A stretch of 64,000 nt of DNA, from contig NIVC01000169.1 of assembly GCA_002269645.1 (NCBI GenBank), positions 248,001 through 312,000 of the forward strand, read 5' to 3'. Below, in pieces: positions 46,783-59,000 of this stretch (position 1 is the stretch's first letter; every line of letters begins with the position of its first letter). This stretch comes from Macrostomum lignano (taxonomy: Eukaryota). The translations under genes and the position numbers were made by a program. Under the pieces are notes generated by a model. It was not told the DNA's origin. It saw nothing but the letters and a program-made list of their open reading frames with translations, and ran no database searches.

Positions 46783-49684
46783 ATGGCCGAATTGTCTAAC
46801 GCATGCAGCAACTCGAATTTCACCTTTGTCCAAATAGTGTACGACTGCGTGTGGCTTCTACAGCCGGCGCTTGAAGACATTAAGAATGACTTCTCGTTTG
46901 TCCACGGTGCGATGATCGTCCTGTGCGCCCTGATCGCAGCCGGTGACCTGCTGGCGCTGCTCATTTATTCGCGATTAATTAAACGGAATCTGGAGATTCA
47001 AGCGCATTGGTACCTGCTGGTTCTGGCAGCGATGGAGCTGCTGCACCAGATCAGCATGCTGGTGGAGAAGATTGACCATATTGTATACGCCACCGAGTCT
47101 TATAAGCAGGTGAGCCTCTGGACTGCAGCAAATCCAGGCAAGCAGTCAGGCACACTGATACTGTATTCCTGCACACGCTCATACAGGGTGTACTTTCTAA
47201 TCGTCAGGCATGTACACTCTCTGTGCTTTGGGGGTTGGCTCTTGACTTACTTGCGCAAGTTTTTACTCCCAATAAAAAAAATAATTGATTACACCTGGTT
47301 TAACTGGGCCAGATGTGCAACCGACAGCTCAGCCGCAGCTATTGCGCGGCGCATCTGAAGGCTGCTTACGGCTGTTCAGTCCAAGGACTGGGGGGGGGGT
47401 CGCCACACACCCTCAATTACCCCAGCTAATGCTGGCACCCATTTTACAGCTGGGTGAACTGAAGCAATGCAGAGTTAAGTGTCATGGTCAAGGACACAAA
47501 TTGCTCCGAGTGGGTGGAGAATCGAACCCCCGACTGTGAGTCCGACTCTCCAACCACTAGGCTACAACCCCCTCCCCCTCTACTCTCATCTACTCCCAGT
47601 TTTTTTACTCCCATTCTACTATGTGAACCACACAACTGCTCATTTGGGGACTTTATGCCACTGTCCTGTGAACCCCCCCCCTAATCCACTGCAGTTCCGC
47701 TATCTGATGCCGTACATCGCCTGGCTGTACGCCTCTCGCGTGGCCATCGCAGCCGGAGACGGCATCTACGCTGCCCGCAACTACTGGATGCTGATTCTGA
47801 TGCTGAACAGGTGCCGCGCCCTCAGCAAGGGAGTGCTGACTAGAAATACTAGCCGGAGGGGCGAACCAGCCAATCTGTGGCGCAAACTCCGCTGCCCGCT
47901 TCTCATGGCGCTGCTCAATTCGCTGTTTTGGATCGGCGCCATCGTTTTTTGGCACCTGGCCCTCAATCGGGTTCAGATTAACGTGTGCCAGAAAGGCCAG
48001 CAGTTGACCCAGCGAACAGTTGATGGCAAGAGTAGCATTGTTCCCGATTCGGAATACTGGTTCCAGGTGAGGGGCATGGACGGAGGTGGGTGTCGGTTGG
48101 GGCATGGATTGAGGTGGGTGTCGGTTGGGGCATGGAGTGAGGTGGGTGTCGGTTGGGGAATGGATTGAGGTGGGTGTCCGTTGGGGCATGGGGTGAGGTG
48201 GGTGTCGGCTGGGGCATGGGGTGAGGTGGGTGTCGGCTGGGGCATGGAGTGAGGTGGGTGTCGGTTGGGGAATGGATTGAGGTGGGTGTCCGTTGGGGCA
48301 TGGATTGAGGTGGGTGTCGATTGGGGCATGGATTGAGGTGGGTGTCGGTTGGGGCATGGATTGAGGTGGGTGTTCGTTGGGGCATGGAGTGAGGTGGGTG
48401 TCGGTTGGGGAATGGATTGAGGTGGGTGTCCGTTGGGGCATGGATTGAGGTGGGTGTCGATTGGGGCATGGATTGAGGTGGGTGTCGGTTGGGGCATGGA
48501 TTGAGGTGGGTGTCCGTTGGGGCATGGGGTGAGGTGGGTGTCGGCTGGGGCATGGGGTGAGGTGGGTGTCGGCTGGGGCATGGAGTGAGGTGGGTGTCGG
48601 TTGGGGAATGGATTGAGGTGGGTGTCCGTTGGGGCATGGATTGAGGTGGGTGTCGATTGGGGCATGGATTGAGGTGGGTGTCGGTTGGGGCATGGATTGA
48701 GGTGGGTGTTCGTTGGGGCATGGAGTGAGGTGGGTGTCGGTTGGGGAATGGATTGAGGTGGGTGTCCGTTGGGGCATGGATTGAGGTGGGTGTCGATTGG
48801 GGCATGGATTGAGGTGGGTGTCGGTTGGGGCATGGATTGAGGTGGGTGTCCGTTGGGGCATGGGGTGAGGTGGGTGTCGGCTGGGGCATGGGGTGAGGTG
48901 GGTGTCGGCTGGGGCATGGGGTGAGGTGGGTGCTGTTTGGGGCATGGGTGGGCGTCTATAAGGAATAGCTCCTATTACATTTAGTCGATGACAAGTACAA
49001 AATTGTAAGTTTCGTATCCTATGAGGTCTCGCAGTGGCTGGCTGAGACACGACCTGTCAAACATGTTGGTTATTCGAGTTAATAATTTTCTCGCTTTCCA
49101 ATTTCTCATAGGTGAACAAGTACACGGGCTCCTGCTTGGACACAGCGCAAAATGTTCTATCCTATATTCACCTTGCATACTTTACCATCATTATCTACCT
49201 TCCATTCGTGATCACCATCGCCTGCTGCGTGATCACCTGGTACAGAATCCGCAGGACCGCCTTCCACAGTCGATATATTCGCGTCAGGAACATCCTGATC
49301 ATCATCTCCGTGACCTTTGCCATCCTGGAGACGCCAATTTTCATAGTTCGCATAGTCAATGACGCGATTTACATGCTGCAAAGCCACGGCTCCGGAGTCG
49401 GTCCCCCCAACCAACTGACCTACCTGACCGTGACTGCCGAGTTCCTATCCAGCCTGCACTCGCTCAGCATCCTGCTATTCTACCTGTACGCTGATCCGAC
49501 CTTTCGTAGGAAAGCCTTCGAAATGTTGCGCAATCGCGACCAGCCTGAAGGGGGCGGCACTGGCTGGGACGGCACGAAGGCGGCCGACGATTCGGTGGCT
49601 GCGAGCGGCACACGGCGCAGCAGCGTGCAGCTGGGCGACAACGGCGAGGTGATCCAGCTGGCTGACCTGGCCAAGACCGGGTAG
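46783..49684 (+). CDS. Rhodopsin-like (class A) orphan GPCR, 3 exons, about 423 aa
   Basis: Exons 46783-47109, 47695-48066, 49112-49684, all phase 0 and GT-AG. Seven hydrophobic segments are present, with a DRY-position NRC after TM3, an ECL2 Cys, YLPF in TM5, ETP in TM6 and LFYLYADPTFR after TM7. Confidence 0.75.
47130..47250 (-). mobile_element. Truncated tRNA-derived SINE family copy, in GPCR intron 1
   Basis: cacacgctcatacagggtgtac...tcaggcatgtacactctctgtgctttgggggttggctct matches the family body. Confidence 0.65.
47370..47566 (-). mobile_element. tRNA-headed SINE carrying a CORE (MIR-like) domain
   Basis: Minus-strand head tgTAGCCTAGTGGttgg...GGTTCGATTCtcc. The plus strand 47438-47498 reads cattttacagctgggtgaactgaagcaatgcagagttaagtgtcatggtcaaggacaca, which resembles the recalled MIR/CORE antisense consensus. 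Confidence 0.65.
48070..48950 (+). repeat. G-rich 28-bp minisatellite with higher-order structure, GPCR intron 2
   Basis: ggggcatggattgaggtgggtgtcggtt repeated about 31 times. Confidence 0.93.
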
Positions 49685-49727
49685 CAACTCTGGCCATGGG
49701 GTCAGATATAATGGGAAAATAGTTTAG

Positions 49728-50440
<713 letters not shown>

Positions 50441-51714
50441 GCTTATTATTGTCAAGCCAAGTGCTTTTTCACGATCCATCATAAATCTAATTACTTGCCT
50501 CACAAATTGTTCACAATCCTTTTAACCTCACAGTCGATGAAATGCAAGTCTAATTTTAATATTTGTGTGTAATTATCTTGGGTCAGGTGGGGTCACGGCA
50601 TGAGTGCATAGCCGTTCATAGCATGTAACATTATAACATGTACTTATAACATGTATGTAGCTTGTACACAAGTTTTTGCCTCTTTAGATTTTCTTACTGT
50701 TAAAAAAGAAGTCGAATTTACAGCCATGGTACGAGCTATTGTCTATGGCCGGGACTCAGAGTCACTTTGTATGTTGTGCTTACTTTTATATAGGGATTTA
50801 TCGAATAAGTCCGGTAAAAGGCATGTTTAATCTTCTATGCAAAGTATAATATACAGTGTTTGTGTTTGTAAAAAATAGACTTCATCTTGAATTTTTTTAA
50901 AGCTGGTTTATTTATCAATTACATATTTTTACTAGGTTTTTACGCTAACTACAATTAATTTGTTTGGAAGTTGCTGTTTTATCGCTACAAGATAAATGTC
51001 TGCGTTTGTTAAAAGCATCGTTGTGCGTTGTTGGCGTTGTTGTACTCTCACTATTATTGTTCTTTGATATATCTATGCATGTAAATTGTATTGAATGGCT
51101 GTTCCTTCTCGGCTGATTTTAAGTCTTGTAAAAATAAAAGCAGACTCGCTGCTAATGCCCATCCATATACTATTTATTAATCTGCAAAAATAAAATGCTA
51201 AGCAAGCAAAACCGAACTGCAGCCTCAACTGCCCAGATATTTTCATTTTTTGCAACTGCAATTTTGTCATTGCGGCTGCGCTGTGAAGTGGCCTTCTGCC
51301 TCCTCTTATCAAACAATGCACTGCTAAGAGATGAGGGGAAAATGAAGTACCATAATCGCAAACTGAAATCGCAGGGTCTTTTGTCTTGAGACTAATTTCA
51401 ATGCTCAAAAGCCTGCCGCAGGTTAATCAAGGATTGTTGCAAGACTGAACACTAAAAGTACTAAACTTAGTATCTAGGAAGTGCTGTGTGTGCTCATTCT
51501 TTTCACGATTTTGTCGAGTTTGCCGCCAACATCAAACTATAATATGCTAGTTAAACTTAGTAACTTCTAATGGAGCGTTCAATTAGTCTGTAACTACCCG
51601 TATAAGCAGGGGCGTCGCCATGGATTTTATCGTGGGGGAACAAAGCCAAGAATTTCACAGGTACATGTTCATGACTGAATTCCTATATGTACATTATTTA
51701 GAGAATCGGTGTTG

Positions 51715-52410
51715 TCAACGCTCATTTTAGCGCCACATACACTCATCTTAGCGCCACATACACTCATCTTAGCGCCACAGGCACTCATTTAGCGCCACAG
51801 ACACTTCTCTTGCAGGCACTCATCTTAGCGTCACAGACACTTATCTTGCAGGCACTCATCTTAGCGCCACATACACTCATCTTAGCGCCACAGGCACTCA
51901 TTTAGCGCCACAGACACTTCTCTTGCAGGCACTCATTTAGCGCCACATACACTCATCTTAGCGCCACATACACTCATCTTAGCGCCACATACACTCATCT
52001 TAGCGCCACAGACACTTCTCTTGCAAGCACTCATCTTAGCGCCACAGACACTTATCTTGCAGGCACTCATCTTAGCGCGACATAGACTCATTTTAGCGCC
52101 ACAGGCACTCATTTAGCGCCACAGACACTTCTCTTGCAAGCACTCATCTTAGCGCGACATAGACTCATTTTAGCGCCACAGGCACTCATTTAGCGCCACA
52201 GACACTTCTCTTGCAGGCACTCATTTAGCGCTACAGACACTCATCTTAGAGCCACAGACACTCATTTAGCGCCACAGACACTCATTTAGCGCCACAGACA
52301 CTCATTTAGCGCCACAGACACTCATTTAGCGCCACAGACACTCATTTAGCGCCACAGACACTCATTTAGCGCCACAGACACTCATTTAGCGCCACAGACA
52401 CTCATCTTGC
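51715..52410 (+). repeat. About 20-bp minisatellite (ttagcgccacagacactcat and variants)
   Basis: Direct reading. Confidence 0.9.
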
Positions 52411-53009
52411 AGGCCCTCATTTTCTTGCATAACCCTTTGTATAAGCATTCCTACCCGAAACGTCCTTACTCTGGGACGGCAGCAATTATAGTCCGATATG
52501 ATTTACCTCGATCAGCCGGCCAACTTGCAAGCTTGCTCACCAGTCTACTAGAATCGCTTCGATACACAGCCATCTGTCTTTTTGAGTAGTATATCTTACC
52601 AGTATAATAGCTGAGTGCTCTCGGGACTACAGCTTTTTTCACCAACCCTCACTTCTTTGGGGAAAGTTATTTATCCTGGGGGAAGTACAATCTACGAGTA
52701 GTTCCCAAATTCGAGTGCACGGCTAGTGCAATAAGAAGCAAATAATCCGAAGCCGTATATAGTTGATTTTGCCAATCTAATAAGCTGAACAACTGCAAAT
52801 TGCACGAAAACTATTTTTGCTGCCTTACTGCCGAAAGGTCGCAGTTGCAGCAGTGCATCGCATACTCCGATGAAGATTAATTGTTAAAATTTTGCCAAAA
52901 ATTGACTTCATACATATAAGCATCGACTAAGATTTTTCAGTTCTATTGCACTTTACCATGAAAAAATGAATTAAAAAAATATTTGCAGGAAGGGCTGCAG
53001 GCACCATGG

Positions 53010-53300
53010 CGCAAAGCCTTCGGCGACATCGTCCCATGACCAGCGCTGAGGCAACTGCCCATTCAGCTGACTCCTGAGCACACAAGCGCGCCAACACTGT
53101 ACGCAGGCACGCACTCATGCACACGCTCACACAGGGTGTACATGCTCAGCGGCCATGACTGTCTAATCATCAGGCATGTACACTCTATGTGCCTTGGGAG
53201 TTGGACCTCATGGGGTGAATTGCACTATACAACTCACAGATCAAATTTCGGTCACAAGCGTCAAATTAATGTGACCGCGCACGGGAGTCAACCAGTTCTC
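53010..53300 (-). mobile_element. tRNA-derived SINE family copy
   Basis: ccttcggcgacatcgtcccatgaccagcgctgagg...cacacagggtgtaca...caggcatgtacactctatgtgccttgg...aattaatgtgac. Confidence 0.72.
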
Positions 53301-55971
53301 TTGCACTAATATATCATAACAAACTCGGCGTATGGACTTTCGAGTTGTATATGAAGCCAGAAAAACTAAACTGAAACTGAATTCTGAACATGGAATATTT
53401 ATACGTTTGTAGCAATTGCATTACATATAACTTTTTTTGAGCGAGAAAAATCAGTTTGAAAAAAATTAAATTCGAATTACTTCTAGTGTACATAAATTAG
53501 TCATAAGCTTTGAAACTTTGAAGTTTGAAAAGTACGAGTATCAGACCAAGGAGTGCAAGCGCCGGAACGGAACGCAAAAGTCAGACACCGGAACCGAGGG
53601 ATAAAATACGGATCCGTTGACAACTAAAATAATGAGGTTCAACTCAAACAGATGTCCGAGTTACCTACATGTATAAGCAGATTAAATAGAGAAATTTTAT
53701 AAAGAATCGATCCGCGAACATCCTACATGTAAAAGACTTAGCAAATCCTTCTCACCTTCTGTTAGAACATATAACTTAAACTAATAATTGGTTTCAAAGG
53801 AAGGGCTTAGGCTAGAGTTATCCCAAAAAAATTTCTGGGCAAGTGTACAGTCCGCTCCGCCGACAGGATCTACAACAGCCAATTGGCAGTCCGAGAAGCC
53901 GACGCAACATTCCGACGTTCGCCGACGTACCCGACTTTTGATGTTAAATGTACGTGTCCGCGCATGGCAAATGAGCCCTTTTTACATTTACACTGATAAA
54001 TGACGTCCATTTTGCTTCGACCAAACATCAGTGTAATCTAAAAGTAACCTTGCGAGTGACTTCTATACATGTATATAGTGTGTGGCCTGACAGTTAGAGT
54101 CTGAGTGCATCGGGTCGGCCAGTACCTGTAATTTACTTTACCTTGCATGTAAAATGGTATTTATTTACTGTTTTACACTGAATGATTGAAACTCAAAGCA
54201 ATGGGGCTATTCTTGTCACGAAATTCTTTCTGCGCGGAAAGATAAACATAACAGAATATCATTAATTATTAATGATACTAAATCAATCACAAAAGCGTTA
54301 CGTAGAAGCGTTCTCGAAAAACGATGCGCTTTCGGTTTATAATTTCATGTACAACAAAAAAAGCATTTTAAAATTGTGATGTATATTAAACAAAAAATTC
54401 CCTGTGCAACAAAAAGCAAATCATATTTTTGGATAAAAATAAAAATTAAGCATTCATAAAAGTTTAGAACGAAACGTTAGCTTTAGAATTACTTAATAAA
54501 ATCTAAGGCTACAAGAGCGAAAACAAAAACACTGAATTTTAAAATGTTTAATTTTCTTAGAAAGTCTGTTATCGATATTAAGTAGTCGTACAGACTATAG
54601 TATATATCCGGCAGCCTCTACCAGTGGCGCAACCAGGGGGGGCGGGGGGGGCGGTCGCCCCCCACAGGCGGAGACCCAAAAAAAATCAAAGGGGGGACCA
54701 AGCGAATTTTCGCCAAAAATAGAGCCACCCCTCCGCCCCCCCTCCCGGGACTTTACCCTCCAGAATCCGTCCCCTCAAAAAATTTCTGGCCTCTACTTAA
54801 GGAATATTAGCATATTTATACTTAATGTGTTTACTACACAAAAACGTGTTAAAAAGCTACAAGTTAAAAATTATACGTGTGCTATAGGCCACGTTTTCTT
54901 ACTTTTAATTTAGTTCATGCTTCCAATTCCATACCATGCAAAAATTATCAATTTTTGTGTGTTATAGTTTAGTTTAGTTTTTTAAATCGATCACATATGT
55001 AATATATGAACAAAAAAATTTTTAATTTATAGGACATTGCGCAAATTTATATTACCATAAGATAAAATTTAGATTGCACAATAAATCGCTAAGGACATTA
55101 GGATAAATAAAGGACAAAAACGATATTTTCCAATACGATAATATTACTTTATGCTTATGAGTTCTATGCATTTGAAAAAATAATTAAACTAATGATCTTT
55201 TAAAGGAAAACAGATTAAAGTTATATTTTTTCAGATAGATGCAGAATACAAAAATATTTAGGTAAAAGAAGATTTGTTTTTCTTTTTATTTTCTGACATA
55301 GCTGCTTAAAATATTCTTTTGAAAGTTGCAATCAAACTCCTTAAATTTTTTTATGAGTTCAGTATGATTTCTGACTTATTTCTGACAGCATGTACAATTT
55401 TACTGAAAAATAAAGATATGATATGAGTAAACTCTAACTAACATAAGATATGATCTTATGTAATAAAGATATAATATGAGTAAACTCTAATAAAGAAATG
55501 TATAAAACGTTTTCCAGATTTTAAAAATATGAATGCAAAAACTACTAAATTTGCAAAAGGTTTTAAAAAATTTTATTCAGAATTTACATTTATCCTAATG
55601 AAATATGTAGGGATTTTATAATAGTGGAGAAGAAATATTCAGAGAACATTAAATAATTAGGTTGTGTATCAACTTTTATCTTTTTAGTCAATTTTAAACC
55701 CGAATAATTTGTTTTGATGAAGAAAGCTTCGAACTAGAGCAAAAACGAAAGTTTTTTGTTTGTGGCTAAAAAGTTTAATTGCTTTTATCTGATCATTAGT
55801 TAACTAGATACAATATAAGTCTCAGTAAGATTTTAAGTTCGTAAAAATATTTTTAACCTCTGACTTTCAGGTAAAAATTGTCATGAACTAAAAGCAACTC
55901 CTGCCTGAGGAAACCGAAGTTTCAACTGAGGAAACAACAGAACAGAAAGAGACAAAAAGGCCAACCCAAAA

Positions 55972-56027
55972 ATGTCGGACGAATTCAGCCGCTACCGCTG
56001 CGACATGTCGTCTGACAATGACGATGG

Positions 56028-56058
<31 letters not shown>

Positions 56059-59000
56059 GGCGACAACGGCACAGGCGCAAATCTTGTCGACATGGCCGAC
56101 TCGGGCATGGACCTGACCGGCTACCTGGAGACCTACATGGGCCAGCGGGCCGCCCAGAGCACCGGCGGTCACGGCGCCAGCAGCGGCGGCGTCGTAGAGA
56201 ACGGCGGCACCGCCAACGTTTACACAGAGCTGCAGCGCCGGGAGCAGGACCTCATGCTGGCCGCCCAGCTGGGCCGCGCCCTCCTGGCCAGCAACGCCGA
56301 ATTGCAGCACCGAAACCAGCGAATTGCCGAAGAATTTGGCGACAGAATTCAATGGCTGGAACGGGAGCGGGCGGGCTTGAGGGCCAAGTTAGACGCGGTT
56401 GAGCAGGACTATGACTGCCAAATGCGGGAGCTGCAGTCTGACGTGCTGCGCCTCCGGGAGGAGCTGCGGCGACAGCAGCTGGGCCGGGTGGAGCTGGAGC
56501 GGGAGAGGGCGGCTCAAGTGAGTTCGTTATTTATATATTTATAAATTCCAAATTGGTCTTTTTAAGTCTAATTTGTTGAGCGGCCAGCCAATATTACTAG
56601 ATACGAGAACTAGATATGGGAAATATTCATTCCCATAACCATATCTGTATCCGTAACAAAATCCGAAACATTTTCGCAAACTTGCTATCTGGGGATGCTT
56701 GCTATATGGGGGTGCTTGCTATCTGGGGGTGCTTGCTATCTGGGGGTGCTTGCTATCTGGGGATGCTTGCTATATGGGGGTGCTTGCTATCTGGGGGTGC
56801 TTGCTATCTGGGGGTGCTTGCTACCTGGGGGTGCTTGCTATATGGGGGTGCTTGCTATATGGGGGTGCTTGCTATCTGGGGGTGCTTGCTATCTGGGGGT
56901 GCTTGCTACCTGGGGGTGCTTGCTATCTGGGGATGCTTGCTATATGGGGGTGCTTGCTATCTGGGGGTGCTTGCTATCTGGGGGTGCTTGCTATATGGGG
57001 ATGCTTGCTATATGGGGGTGCTTGCTATCCAGGGATGCTTGCTATATGGGGGTGCTTGCTATCCAGGGATGCTTGCTATATGGGGGTGCTTGCTATCCAG
57101 GGATGCTTGCTATTTAGGGGCAATGACTGCTATGTTTTTGAAGGCTTTAATTTGTTGTGTCCTTTTGTTACTTTTAGAAAAAAGACATTCATAGAAAACA
57201 TCTCTGTCCATGACAATTTTACTCGGATAAGATAATTTATAAAAACTTAAAAAGTAATAGGTTCTTAAGAAAATCTGCTTTTTTAATGGATTTGCATGAA
57301 TAATATGTATCGATGTACCGATATGTATCGAAAATCAAGTTTTAAGGCAGTGAAGCTTGTTAGTTTAGAAAAAACGCCAATCCTCAACCGAAATCAGGCG
57401 GCAGCTCTCGGCCGGGCCAACGAGCGTCTGGCCGAGGAGAGCCGCCAGCGTCGCCAGGCGGAGCAGCGAGCGGCCAGCCAGTCGGCGGAGCTGCAGGCGG
57501 AGCTGCGGGCCCGTCGGGCGGCTATGCAGGAGCACCTGGCCCAGCTGGCCCAACTCAAGGAGCAGCTGCACTCGCTGCACGCGCAGAAGGCCGAACTGGA
57601 GTGTCGGCTCAGTCAGGTGGCAGAGGAACGGGACGCCCTGCTCTCGGCGGCCGAGGATCAGCAGCTGGCCATCTCCCGGATGCAGCGCCGGGATCAGGAG
57701 CAGGGCGACATCATCGCCGAGCAGGAGGCGCGGATTCACGACCTGCAGGCCACCGCCGCCTGTCTGCACCGTCAGGTTGAAGCTCTGGCGCCGCAGGTTG
57801 GTTTTTGTGAAATTGTTTGTGTTTTTAATCAGCCTACTTGTAAGTCATAACTACTCATAAGTAGTGCATTTCAGGTTTTATAGCTTTTATAAATTTTACT
57901 GTTCCATAACTGACCGACTATTTTTACCAAAATTTTTGTGCTTCTGTTTAGATTTTAATCGTCCAAATTTAGTTTTGATTCTCTCATGCAGTTTAGTTTT
58001 GATTCTCTTAGTTTAGTTTTGATTCTCCCAGTTTAGTTTTGATTCTCTCATGCAGTTTAGTTTTGATTCTCTTAGTTTAGTTTTGATTCTCCCAGTTTAG
58101 TTTTGATTCTCTCAGTTTAGTTTTGATTCTCCCAGTTTAGTTTTGACTCTACCAGTTTAGTTTTGACTCTACCAGTTTAGTTTTGACTCTACCAGTTTAG
58201 TTTTGACTCTACCAGTTTAGTTTTGACTCTACCAGTTTAGTTTTGACTCTACCAGTTTAGTTTTGACTCTACCAGTTTAGTTTTAACTCTCCCAGTTTAG
58301 TTTTGACTCCCCCAGTTTAGTTTTGACCCTACCATTTTAGTTTTGACTCTACCAGTTTAGTTTTAACTCTCCCAGTTTAGTTTTGATTCTCCCAGTTTAG
58401 TTTTGACTCTACCAGTTTAGTTTTGACTCTACCAGTTTAGTTTTGACTCTACCAGTTTAGTTTTAACTCTACCAGTTTAGTTTTAACTCTCCCAGTTTAG
58501 TTTTGACTCCCCCAGTTTAGTTTTGATTCTCCCAGTTTAGTTTTGACTCTACCAGTTTAGTTTTGACTCTACCAGTTTAGTTTTGACTCTACCAGTTTAG
58601 TTTTGACTCTACCAGTTTAGTTTTGACTCTACCAGTTTAGTTTTAACTCCCCCAGTTTAGTTTTGACCCTACCAGTTTAGTTTTGATTCTCCCAGTTTAG
58701 TTTTGACTCCCCCAGTTTAGTTTTGACCCTACCAGTTTAGTTTTGATTCTCCCAGTTTAGTTTTGACTCCCCCAGTTTAGTTTTGACTCTCCCAGTTTAG
58801 TTTTGACTCCCCCAGTTTAGTTTTGATTCTCCCAGTTTAGTTTTGACTCTACCAGTTTAGTTTCGATTCTCTCATTTTAGTTTTGATTCTGCACCTTTCG
58901 GGACTCACTCCCACAGTCAGGTGGTGGTAGGTGGTAGATGCTACTAATACTGAAAATCCGGCATTCAGGCTGCCCGCTCGGACACGCTGATGGTGCTGGA

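Noticed and set aside
47653-49050. 465-aa Pro/His-rich minus-strand ORF
   Set aside because: It is the antisense of the GPCR exon plus the 28-bp intronic minisatellite.
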